Below are positions 50,744-62,499 of a DNA stretch of 64,000 nt, one piece after another. The notes under the pieces were generated by a model that was not told the origin of the DNA, ran no database searches, and saw only the letters and a program-made list of their open reading frames with translations. The translations under genes and the position numbers were made by a program. Each line of letters begins with the position of its first letter. The first letter of the stretch is position 1. The stretch lies in the NCBI GenBank assembly GCA_001600815.1, contig BCKZ01000030.1, positions 93,918 through 157,917 on the forward strand, written 5' to 3'. This stretch comes from Alloascoidea hylecoeti (taxonomy: Eukaryota).

Positions 50744-51064
50744 TTATTTACCAACAACAATAGTAACAGTCTTAATAGCCACAGCTTTATTATTTCCACC
50801 TATTGCAGCGAATTCAGTGGTTTCAGCAGCTGTTTCGGTGATAGAGCTTGTGGATCCAATAGTAGATGTAATCAATGTTGTAAAAATAACATCCGAACCA
50901 GCTTGATTGGCATTAAGTGTTTGAGTAACAATATCGGCTGTAACAACAACTGTTTCAACACTAGCGGATGTAAAGGCAGGATCCGCCTCTGCGACGACCT
51001 TGGTAAGAGAAGAGTATATGAACCCAATATAAATTTTGAGTAGATTTGAAGAGGATAATTGCAT
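50744..51064 (-). CDS. Small Thr/Val-rich, probably secreted protein (106 aa)
   Basis: Hydrophobic N-terminus followed by Thr-rich, beta-strand-like segments. Confidence 0.5.
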   Translation of the reverse strand: MQLSSSNLLKIYIGFIYSSLTKVVAEADPAFTSASVETVVVTADIVTQTLNANQAGSDVIFTTLITSTIGSTSSITETAAETTEFAAIGGNNKAVAIKTVTIVVGK

Positions 51065-52972
51065 TTTAAGTCTTATGAATGATTACTTATTTGAAAAAAG
51101 GAAAAACTTGAGGCTTATATAGGCCTAAATATGATCTGATAAATCCCTACACTATATATGCATAATCCGAAACTATCTCACTGTAATAATTCATCATCAG
51201 TAAGCTCAAGGTACACATTGAGCTTAAGGGTCATCTAATATTGCAATTGAGTTAACTTTATTAATATATAAGATATATATATGGTATAAATATTACGATA
51301 TGTTGGGACTGTGGGTATAATTGTATACCAATTTTGACAATTATAAACTACGGGATCAGGGTAACCTTCGAATTCATATATCAAAGTGGCAGATTTCGAA
51401 TAGATATGTATAACTTATGTGATCGCCATAACTTAAACATGTAGGGCTTTGCCTTTATTGAGAAAAATTTGTTAGCAATATATTTAATAAATTTAAACAC
51501 AATGCAAAAGGCACTGTTTCAAGCATTAAATATAAACCAAACTACGATAGTTAGTGAGACTTTCTGATCAATTACAAAGATGTAACTGGTTCCAACGGGC
51601 ACTTTAATACAAGAAGATAAAGATTCAGTAAGGAATTTTAAATTTTAACTGTGTGTTATATACCTTATAAGGTTATCATTCTACTAACTCTTTTTTTCTA
51701 AAAATTTATAACTTATAGTATTGGTAGAAGAAGGTACACATTCAGAAGTTGTAACTACTCCAAATCCATTAAAAACTGAACTAAGATATGTAGTTAATGA
51801 GACATTATAAAATGACTCGATTAATTATTACATAAAAGTCATTTCATTCTCATAACAATGGCACAACTGTACAATACGAAGTAGATCACTAACGTTGTTT
51901 GTAATTTCTTGAAATTGAAACCGAGTCCCAGTTGAAGAAATATTTTTCAATGGCAAAAACATTGAATAACTGTAGCAGTAGCTGTATTGTTTTCAAATTT
52001 GACTCGAAGACGTGTTTGAGGAACATGAAGAACTTTGGTTCTAATAACATTTGAATTTGTACTTGGAATTGTTGTCATAAATAAATGTGATACATCAGCA
52101 ATCAAGCCAGAGCCGCATCATTTAGTTGAAACATATAGAGATAGTACTAAACGGTTACTGCTAAGGAGATAATGGGAAAAGTTTTGGCATTATCTGAACA
52201 TCCAGTGTTCAATGTGTTAATTCAAGTTTCAATTCCGAAGTGGCATCGCCGATGGTAGGAATAATGATCTGAAAACGAGTGCTTCCAGAAAGCTTAAGGC
52301 TAATAGTTTTAATTGGAAGATTTAAGAAGTGAGCTTACTCTGTAACTGAGCAGAATAGACTAACTAATAAATCAGAATAAAAATAAGAAGCGCTAAGAGT
52401 AGCAGAGTGTTATGTCTAAACTTAATTAGGGTAATAACTATGCATGCATAGTAATCTATTTATTAGAATTTTCGATATCAAGAATTGTATACGTTCGAGT
52501 GAGATATGCTAATTTTCCCATATGCATAGTAATCTATCAATTATAGTATGTAAAAACATCATAATAAAAATTTTAAATATATTCCAAGATTAAGAAAGAA
52601 TAATACAGAAGTAATTACCACATATGGTTGCTTGCATAAGCCTGGACAATCATTGTGGAAAATATAAATAAGTATACGGCATATGTAGGAATGAGTTGTT
52701 ACATAATTATGCGGGGTACGATCGGATAGAGATATATCAAAAGAAGAGGAATGATGTACACTGCGCATTCGCCGAGCAAACGAGGCTGAGCAGGAGCCAT
52801 TGACGAGCAACGAACCGAGCAGATTAAATTTCAGAAATACGAGCATGCGAACCGAGTACGAACTGAAACGAGCTGCTCGTCCCCCAAATTTTGGTCTTCA
52901 TGAACGCTTTCGAGGACAAAAATTTTATGCGATGAGTGGCCTGCTGTCCAGGTTGTATTCAATATGGATACA

Positions 52973-53194
52973 GTGATTCCATTTAATATCGATCATCTTT
53001 AGTGAGACTACATATTCGCCCATGATGCATAAATGTTAGATCACTTATGCACCAACTATTCGGCCACTTCTTGGATTATTTAGTCTCTCTTCAACTTGGT
53101 CACATTTATAGTTGGTGCATAAGTGATCTAACATTTATGCATCATGGGCGAATATGTAGTCTCACTAAAGATGATCGATATTAAGTGAAATCGC
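52973..53194. repeat. Perfect 77-bp inverted repeat (52983-53059 / 53108-53184) with 48-nt loop and imperfect 10-bp extension
   Basis: ttaatatcgatcatctttagtgagactacatattcgcccatgatgcataaatgttagatcacttatgcaccaactat and its exact reverse complement. Confidence 0.98.
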
Positions 53195-53516
53195 AAGAAA
53201 ATTTTAAGCTTAAGCTTTGTATGTGATTCACGTGATATGGCACGTGTACGATAGGATCTACTCACGTGTAGATTGGTTCAATTAAATTGGGTAATTATTT
53301 TGGAAAAGCTGTATCTAACACGGGTTCGTAGTTTATTTCACATTGTTAAACAGTACAACCAATTAATTAGCTGTATAAATTTTTTTCTTAAATTTAACCA
53401 CTAGATTTAAAAATGCATATATATAAAAAGGTATATTATTACATATTATCATGATCATGAATACCTGGTTCCCAAGCTTAAGTCTAAACCTATAATATTT
53501 GTCTTTAACAATTTAG

Positions 53517-54701
53517 TTAATTATATAATGGTCTTAATTTTAACTGTGTTGGAATCTGTACTGAAGTTTCTTCTTTGGATTTTGATATTGATGATCTAGT
53601 AGTAGCTAAAGTTTTGATTCCATTATCATATGCATAACCATAAAGATTTAATGTAGAAAAAGAAGTTGGTTTATATGTATAGCTAATATCCGAAGATTTA
53701 GAAGTACCATCGTCGATTGCAGTTGTTGTAGTAACAGCGGGATAAAATGGTCCATAGGGATTCACTTTAGTAGCCATCGATTCTGTTTCAGTAAGCCTTT
53801 TAATAACTAATGTTGAAAATGAAGATACTACAGTTGTGCTGGTAGTTTCTGCATATTCTTCAGGATTAAATCTCCTGAGGTTTAATAGTTTCTTTGGTTG
53901 TTCAGGTGCGGTTGTTGATTTTGAAGTAAGAGGCTTATCTATACTAGAAGTACTTAAACTATCTATAGTACTGTCAATATCATCAGATGTTCCTTCATTA
54001 TCATTCTTGGGATAATATGAATATTCTGAATAAGAGTACATTTTTGAATTCCATGCAACATCAAAATTATCTTCTTCTTCCACTTCAAGATACTCCAAAA
54101 CAAATGTTGGCATAATAGTCTCAAAGCTGTGACTACTGAGTGTACTACCGATATTATTCGTTGTATATTTTTCAGGATAGGCATGATTTGAAGTTGCCAT
54201 TATTTTTACAGTCTTATCCACACTTGAATATGTATAAATACTAGAAGATTTAGATTTGCTTCCAATTGTTTCTAAATCTAAGTTTACGAGACCTTTTGTC
54301 TTAGAGCTCGAGAAAGTTGAATCAGTTTTACTAATAGCCGTTAAGCCAGTTTCAATTGCTGAATTTATCGGGTTGGATGTTTCATGTTTTTTGTATTTAT
54401 CTGCCAAATTGCTTGTTATACTAAGCCTTGTTTCAATCGGTTTAGTTAAAGTTTGTGTGGCAGCAAAACCCTTTGAGATGACACCATCTTGAACCTGAAG
54501 ATAAAATGTTGTTAGGTGGTTCTCACCTGAAACTATGTTGTCTATATCAGCTGTTATTGTTTCTCTATAATTAGCCTTTTTTACGTTCAGTAATGATAAT
54601 TCTCTTCCATAAAGAGATTGTAAACCAATAGGCGTTGCTGTGGTCAGAAGATCTGCCCCTGCCAAAATAAATGTGAGTAATGTTATTGAATAGTTGACCA
54701 T
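53517..54701 (-). CDS. Ser/Thr-rich secreted / cell-surface protein (394 aa)
   Basis: Signal peptide MVNYSITLLTFILAGADLLTTATP, S/T-rich body, and no obvious GPI tail. Confidence 0.7.
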   Translation of the reverse strand: MVNYSITLLTFILAGADLLTTATPIGLQSLYGRELSLLNVKKANYRETITADIDNIVSGENHLTTFYLQVQDGVISKGFAATQTLTKPIETRLSITSNLADKYKKHETSNPINSAIETGLTAISKTDSTFSSSKTKGLVNLDLETIGSKSKSSSIYTYSSVDKTVKIMATSNHAYPEKYTTNNIGSTLSSHSFETIMPTFVLEYLEVEEEDNFDVAWNSKMYSYSEYSYYPKNDNEGTSDDIDSTIDSLSTSSIDKPLTSKSTTAPEQPKKLLNLRRFNPEEYAETTSTTVVSSFSTLVIKRLTETESMATKVNPYGPFYPAVTTTTAIDDGTSKSSDISYTYKPTSFSTLNLYGYAYDNGIKTLATTRSSISKSKEETSVQIPTQLKLRPLYN

Positions 54702-57700
54702 GATATATACTGTATATAGCAAGATGGAAACTACACAACAGAAGAAAGGATTTGTAAAGAATTGAAGGACACACCTGGTGTCGAGGAAATTTTAAGGAAA
54801 AGGGTGTAAAATTCGGAAGACCTACCTAATTATAACAAATAAAACCTAAAGCCAAGTTTGAACTTGGTTCTACTGCATATTATTATAATTAGTATGATAT
54901 ATTATTGGCCTACTGATTATTTATATCGCAAATATTCTTCACAGTAGCTATTTTATAGGACTATACATGTATATAGCTATGACTTACAATAACAAGAAGA
55001 AGAATATGTCTTAAACCCTGGTAACTGAAAAGATACTACCGTGCTGGTATCTGTATAAGAGCTATAATTATATAAGTTATATATAGATATGATTTGTATA
55101 CAAAAGGCTTGTGAAAAAGAAATGACTTGACACAAATCCACAGTTAACGTACTGAACGAAACTTCATTTATATTATAATCTCTGATTATACTAAGCTATA
55201 TATATCTATATAAATGAGTATTATGTGCTTAACTTATATGTTAGTATCTTATTCACAACTTCCGGTTCCTCCTTTTACTAGAAATTAGATAATTATACTA
55301 ATAGATGTTTATCTATACTCATTGAAAAGGCCATAATTAACGTAAGCGGTATATTCACTTCGAACTATAGACGTTTATTGTGGCTCAGTGATGCCTCTTG
55401 CAATTGTCAATTATAATTAAATACTAGTAGTTATCGAAAGCTTAAGGCATCGGATTTTTGATCCAACTTCATAACTTCTAAATCTAGCTCTATCTTTGGA
55501 TCCACTTAAGTTTTTTCCATATATATATATATATATTTCATTTTCCACCCATGGCGCCAATCTTATGAAAGCATATATGAATATATGGGATTCATAAATA
55601 AAGATATCGATTGTTGGATGGCATTCTTGGGCACTCCACAATTATTATTGCAATGTATATATGCATATGATGATTAATTATATTTGGGGTATGTATTATA
55701 TATAGTGTAGAACGATTAAACTTTAGACTCAGAGAGTCCTATGCATAAATAATAGAATAGTTTGGTATAATAAACGTGGCTGCTTTATAATTCGAATTCA
55801 TGAAAAGCTGAATTATAAGACTTCTATTTATAATCTTAAGTTTTTAAAATAAAATGTTTGCATCGTATATTTACGGATCATTATTATGGTAAATACCTCA
55901 TAAATGAAGAAAATTAAGGTGAAAATGTGTGAAAATGGATAATCTTGAGAATTCTATATCTACCTCAAATTATTCACCGGGTTTAATGGCTTTAGCTATA
56001 AACACAAGGGGAAAATAGACATGGACATTCTACTATTGTGCTGGTTCTAACAACAATATTAAGGGTTCTAGAAAGAATGGAAAATGTAGTCATTGTAGTG
56101 AACGAAATTAAACCACAGAATCTGCGAAAACAGAGTTACGTAAAATGAAAGGCCTAGGTAATTCTAATTATAGGAATATCACCTTAACTTTTAACGGAAT
56201 AATGGAACCAGCAAGGTTATTATCAAGAAGGTAGAGTTGATACAATATTAATTGTTAACGATTTAAATCAAGTTGTCACTACTGCTGATATGTATGACGG
56301 CTTTCCAATATCATCTACTTCACACTTAATGGATTCCATGTGATACGAATGAGTATAAAACACATCTAGTTATAGCTCTCATACTTACAGTAGTAGTAAA
56401 TGATGTGCAACAGAAATATGCTTGTATCTCACCACATACCTTAGTCAAATATGGTTCTAAGCATAGTTTGAGTAAACTGGAAATAATGACCTTTAAAATG
56501 CTGTCCTATTTAAAAAGTGAGATGAAGAGCAAAATCAAATCTAAAGCTGATTGATTATCCCCAAATAGTGAATTTTATATGGACATTTCAAGTCCACACA
56601 CTAAATCATTAAAGAACAGATTATTATAACGGTATACAGGCAGTGTATTATTATAAATGCATTTAAATATAGGTAAATTCGACATCGATATCGTTATTGA
56701 TTAAAACAATTTTACTGGTAAAAATTGCAACAACAAATGCCATTTTCGAATTTAAATATAATATAAGCTTATACGTACAAATATAGTTCCCTCGATGAAC
56801 TTTTAACGAATATACATAGATGGCCCATTATTAACGACTTATTTGTCGAACCTCTTAAGGCTTTTTTTCAACTAGCATATTTTTGAGCATATTTATAACA
56901 AACACTGTATCTAATTCATAGATGTTTATAATTTGTACTATACATCTAATAAAAATCTTGCAAATAATATATATAATTATTTGATAATACAGACTAAGCT
57001 TTGAACCCAATTAGTAAATTTATAATTTGTAATTGGCGATCTGAGTATGAAATTTCATTATAAGTATGTTACATTAATATGGTTCAACTTGTTAAAATAT
57101 AGGCTTAGTACTTCTATAGTAGATTGGTAGATTGGATTGTTGTTTGATCGATTTAAGTAATTGTATTTTGTTTTTTGTGGAACTATAGCTATATATGGGA
57201 AATCTAGCTATTTTGTACAATTAATCATATATACCATATATGGCCGTTCTGTCCAGTTCTCATGCAATGAGACACATACGCTATATCCTTACAATCTTAT
57301 ACTATTTCAAAGGGTTATGAGTATGCCAATATAGTTTACCCCGCGGTATAAGCTTATAAACATATAGCCATATAACCTGTTATTACTACAGCATATTTAT
57401 GTCAATTTTAAGCTTGACGATCAATTACTTATGATCTTCAACCTGAAATTATCTTATAGAATCATACTCATATGATAATATGAAGGAGCTCGATCGAATT
57501 CCGTAATCACAAGCATTGCACTTATACATATATATGAGGCTTGAAATCACTCAGACAGCTTTACAGGTTATGAATAATGAAGTTACGCTATAGCTATAGC
57601 TATAGATATGACATACAAATGCAATCATAAAATGATTTAATCACTTAAACTCATTAAGCAATCTTAAAAATATTATTTCCCGATTTATCTTCAACTTTAA

Positions 57701-58166
57701 ATTTAAGGATGACAATGACAACCAAAAATCTTTAATCTGGAAAAATAAAGATGCATATATGGCCTGGTTACAGTGGTTAGTAATAAAACTTCTGATAAAG
57801 ATATATGCCTATAGGTTTCGATTAACTTGCCAGTTTAGCTGGATATTAATTAATCTTATTTGCTTGAAGGATTCTTTAATCTTATATTTTTTTAATTTAA
57901 TTTTGATATGCATGCAAAGTCGCGTTTATATTTCCTAATATGGTTTACGAAGCGTCCCTTCTGCGCTCATAACGGATAACCTTATACTGCATTTGAATAG
58001 CAGTATTAATGTAGTTTAGAAATACAAATATATAACAGCTAATATAGGCGTATAGTATATATATATCAGTTTAAGTCTGTGTGGATTTATTGCAGAGATC
58101 TTCAACATAGAGAACACAAGTTGGTTTTTAATGTAAGGAAAATATTGGTTAAACCATAAGATCTAA

Positions 58167-58172
58167 ACGCGT
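58167..58172. promoter_or_regulatory. MCB element upstream of the STB1-like gene
   Basis: ACGCGT; a second CGCGT lies near 57921. Confidence 0.35.
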
Positions 58173-58633
58173 TAGGGTTATGCTTGCTTAACCAAAAAAA
58201 GCCTAATTTACTAGTTATAACTGAAATTTAAGACCGTGTATCATGGTATATATGAAATTGTTGTTGGACTAAAGGATCATTCGCTCCTGTTAGATGCTCA
58301 GGAAGGAGTGAATACGGTTTCCGTTTTAGGAAAATTTCCAAATGAGATGGTTGTCCTTTCATTGTTATTTACTGCAATTCTAAGTAGGTTAGATTCCAAG
58401 TTTGGATTCTAATAGCATATATGCTTTTATATGTTTTAATGTTTAATTTATTTTTAAATGGTTTAATTACAAGCATGATTAAGAAGGAAAACTGATAATT
58501 TAATTGATATCTATCACAAATTTTCTTGATTTTTATCTTCTTTCTTCTTTCTTCTTTCTTCTTTCTTCTTTCTCTTTCTCTTTATCATTTCTCATAATAT
58601 TACTTGTCATAATTTCCTCACTCCAAATATTTT

Positions 58634-61253
58634 ATGATCCAAATGCAACAGGACAACTTTAATTATGACAAAGAAAATAGCCCTATGGATAACCAAAACT
58701 TGTTATACTATAGGGCTCAGTTTGATCAACATTTAGGTCCTAATAAAATAACAATTGGACGACATGGAAACGGTTCAAAACACGTTAACTTGGAAGAATT
58801 AAGCAATCAGCATAAGTTATTATACGATGCTTCCTTCAATTCAGAGTACATAGAAGATTTAAATTCACAGCAACCTCACGTTATACAACAATATCATCAA
58901 TTTCAACAACATCAGCAACACCAACCACAGATTCAGCCTGTATTTGATGATAATTATAGCTACTCTAATGATGTAAATGGTGTCCATGATAGTGGATACA
59001 ACATTTTAACCACCCCGGAGTCTAAAAACAATATTTTCAGTAAATACCCTGAGCCAAATTGTAATGAGATTACAGATGATGCCGAAACCATTGCAAGTAG
59101 AAAAGTTTTAAGACGTGTTGAAATTTCAAAAGTAAGTAGCCCTACAGTTACTACATGCATGATTTACACATGTTTGTTTGAAATAATTACATTTATTAAC
59201 ATTTGATTTTTATTTTAATTATTAGCTTACTAGGCAGTTGCAATCGAAGCTTAGACTTACAATGGCAACAATGTCATTCCGGGATAAGGGCGAGATAAAA
59301 GAAAAAGGTATTTTAGGATCACCTCATGCAATTATTTCACATTCAAGTTCTCCTTCGAATTTAAATGTAAATCAAGGACATGTAAAAACATCACCACCCA
59401 ATAATGATTTATCCCAACATATGATTAAAAATTCAATTCATAAAGATATGTTAGCTCCTGCATCAAACGAATCACCAAAAAGACTTGTATTTCAAAAATA
59501 CAGGTCAAATAGAATTTCACCAAATAGAAATGCTTACCCACTAGTGAAATCTTATAATGCGAAGCAACATCACTTATCTAGTTCGAATTTAAATGAAGAT
59601 TTAAATTCTCATAATCAATTACAACCAAGTCAAAGCTTTCAACATATTGTGAACAATAGTCCTAATCGATTTAGAGTGGATACAAATTTAACGGATGAGG
59701 AGAAAGATTTTGATACATCCTTAATTTCAAATGGGTCTACTAATGACAGTAACATGCATATGAGCCCTTTACATTTCCATCATCCATTCATGCCGAAATC
59801 AAGTGGTACTGATATTAAGACAAGTACACCTATTCGTCATAAGTCACTAATACCTGGAACCACTTCCGGAGATTTAACATCTAGAAAAAGAGCTCGTACT
59901 TTAAGTGGTAGATTAACTATTAGTGATGATGGTGATGGATCAGCAAAAATCATAATTAATGATAACATTAACGAGTATCCTGAACAAGATGAAACTAGTT
60001 ATCGTCAATCACAAAATGGATTATATAGACGACAAGCCTCTATATCATATAAAACCACATCTTCAACGGTTCATGATTTTAGAACATTAAATGATCCATT
60101 TAATTCCCATCCAACAGTTGTAAATGCTAAACATTCTCTTCATGGTGATCCGAGTATATTATTTGAAACTCCTCAAAAACAAGTTAGAAGATATGGTTCA
60201 ATATCATCAAATTATAGTCAACAAGGTTTATCATCAATAACTGGTTCAAGTATTTCATCTTCAAATTCACAACATTTAATAACACCATATTCAACAACAA
60301 GTAATGATTTTAAAATTTCAAGGTCACCTATTCGTTTTAATGAATTGAAATTTCCAAATATTAATAAGAAATTGGTAACTTCTCCTGTCCCTCAAGCTTC
60401 AAATTCTCTTGCTTCAGTTTCAAATTTTCCTGTTTTGCCTAGAAATTTAAATGAAACAGAAAACATTAAGCTTATAGAAAATCGAACTCGGCAGGTATCA
60501 CGTTCTCAACCACGAGGAAGAGCCCAATTTCCCACCAAATTTGATAAATATGGAAATGGTACATTTGATGTGAATCCACCAAGGACACCATCACCGCCAA
60601 AAGTTCGTAATGCACGTTCAAGTGAGTCGAAAACTCCAACCCAACTTCAGGGAAATGAAGGTCCATCTATTACTGATGTCTTTCAAACACCCAAAAATAG
60701 CCTCCTAAAGGGAAACAATGGAGATGAAGGAGTTGATTTATTAATGTATTTGGCAGCTTCACCAACAGTAGTACAACCAATTCCGGATATTCGAACACCT
60801 GGTCTAAATCCATTATTACCTAATAATAAATTAAATGATTCAAATATTGGAGTAGAAGAAGGTTCAAATTCTCATTCGAGATCATATTCAAATTCATTTA
60901 GAACACCACCGCAAATGAAAGCTTTTAGTTCAATATTTAGTAATACAATCAATATCCCAAATAATAACAATTATAATCAAAACAATAATAATAATATATT
61001 TAGTAATAATATTTTTTCATCACCATCATCATTAAAAACACCAAATACAAAATTTACAAATGGAGGTTTGACACCATCAACACCCCAAGCATTTCACTTA
61101 TGTGATTATCTTCATGGTTTTACACCAAGTCCAAAATCAATTTTGAGCCAAAATGGCAATAGATCAACACCACTTAATGGAGTAAATTTAAATTTGGGAA
61201 ATTTTATCATTCAAAATTCTAGTCCTTGGGGTGCTGCAAGATTTAATCGATGA
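58634..61253 (+). CDS. STB1: Stb1-like G1/S regulator (Whi5/GTB-type motif); exons 58634-59131, 59226-61253
   Basis: Splicing GTAAGT..TAG joins RRVEISK|LTRQLQSKLRLT (GTB-like). Also EGVDLLMYLAASP, FHLCDYLHGFTPSP and many S/T-P CDK sites. Confidence 0.7.
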
Positions 61254-62499
61254 TAATTTTTTATAATCTAATATACATATTTTAAAGTCTTTTAACATTA
61301 AAAATAATCGTTTCATGAACTTAAACCTTCATATCCGTAATAACAATAATAATAATTAAATTGCAGCGTGACTTTTTCTTCAACACAACGATTTAATTTT
61401 CTTGTCCCACATCTCATTAGAAATACAGTATGGCAAACCCCAAACAAACATAATTAAACTAACTATTGCTAATCGTAACTAATTACATTGAATTGAAATC
61501 TGTTCTAAGAAACTCAAACTGCGAGGGGATCAAATAATTTTCAGTTAAAAACCATACGACAATGCTTGCTCAACAATTCATAACTCTAAGAAGCATGGAA
61601 ATAAGTTAGCACAAATAAATTCAAGTATGACTTGATTGTCATCAATGAATCTATCATCTCAGGGGTGTTCGTTCAACTTAATACATAGTGGGATAAACGA
61701 TATGTTAAAAATGTTAAGAATAACGTTTAAGGAACATCTCTATAATGATCCCTACCAGAAGAAACTCTGTGGTAAGTTGAATTATGCACCAATCCCAGCA
61801 TTCATCACCTTACCTTACCTTACCAAAAAAAAAAATTAGATGTTATAAATACAACATAAATTAGAAAATATTCATATCTCAGAATCAAATGAATAAACCT
61901 CAACCTTCTAATTAAATAATATAGCTTTAAAAAGATAGAAAACTCGATATATTCTACATAAATCTGTTAGCTAATTCTTAAATTGAAACATATATTCATT
62001 TCTAAAAAAGGAGTGTCATAAGATATCATGATTAATAAATAATCTTGTGAAGTATAGGTGGTAGCCTATTTAAGTTTTGTATAAGCTCCATCAACAGTTG
62101 TTGACCATTAAAATTTAATGGTCGATAATCAATCACTAATCTGAATTTAGATTGTCAGCTTCCTTAACAAGAATCGGATTCCATCTCCCTGATTAATAAA
62201 AATACCATAAATTGAAAATTCATACCCGGATGAAAATTCTACTAAACTTCCGGAATATGTAGTTTATATTTACTCGACTGGTAGGGTATCATTGGCGGAC
62301 TCGAATCTTTGATACCTATCCCTATACGTTATAAATTTACTCTAACTTACATTTATCATCATTTAATACATCATTATTAATCGAACTTTAGTGTATAGTT
62401 TAAGTCCCAATTCATTAATTTATATCATATATCTTTTTGAATTCTAAAATAAATACTATCATCATTACATAAAGTTTATAGGTCTATTATTTGGAATTA

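Noticed and set aside
54750..58600. Long gene-free AT-rich tract with many short palindromes (agctatagct) as a possible centromere
   Set aside because: No CDE-like elements, long flanking repeats or retrotransposon cluster, so it cannot be supported from sequence alone.
62102..62124. Small palindrome gaccattaaa-a-tttaatggtc; a similar short stem lies at 51201-51226
   Set aside because: Stems of 9-11 bp are expected by chance in AT-rich DNA.
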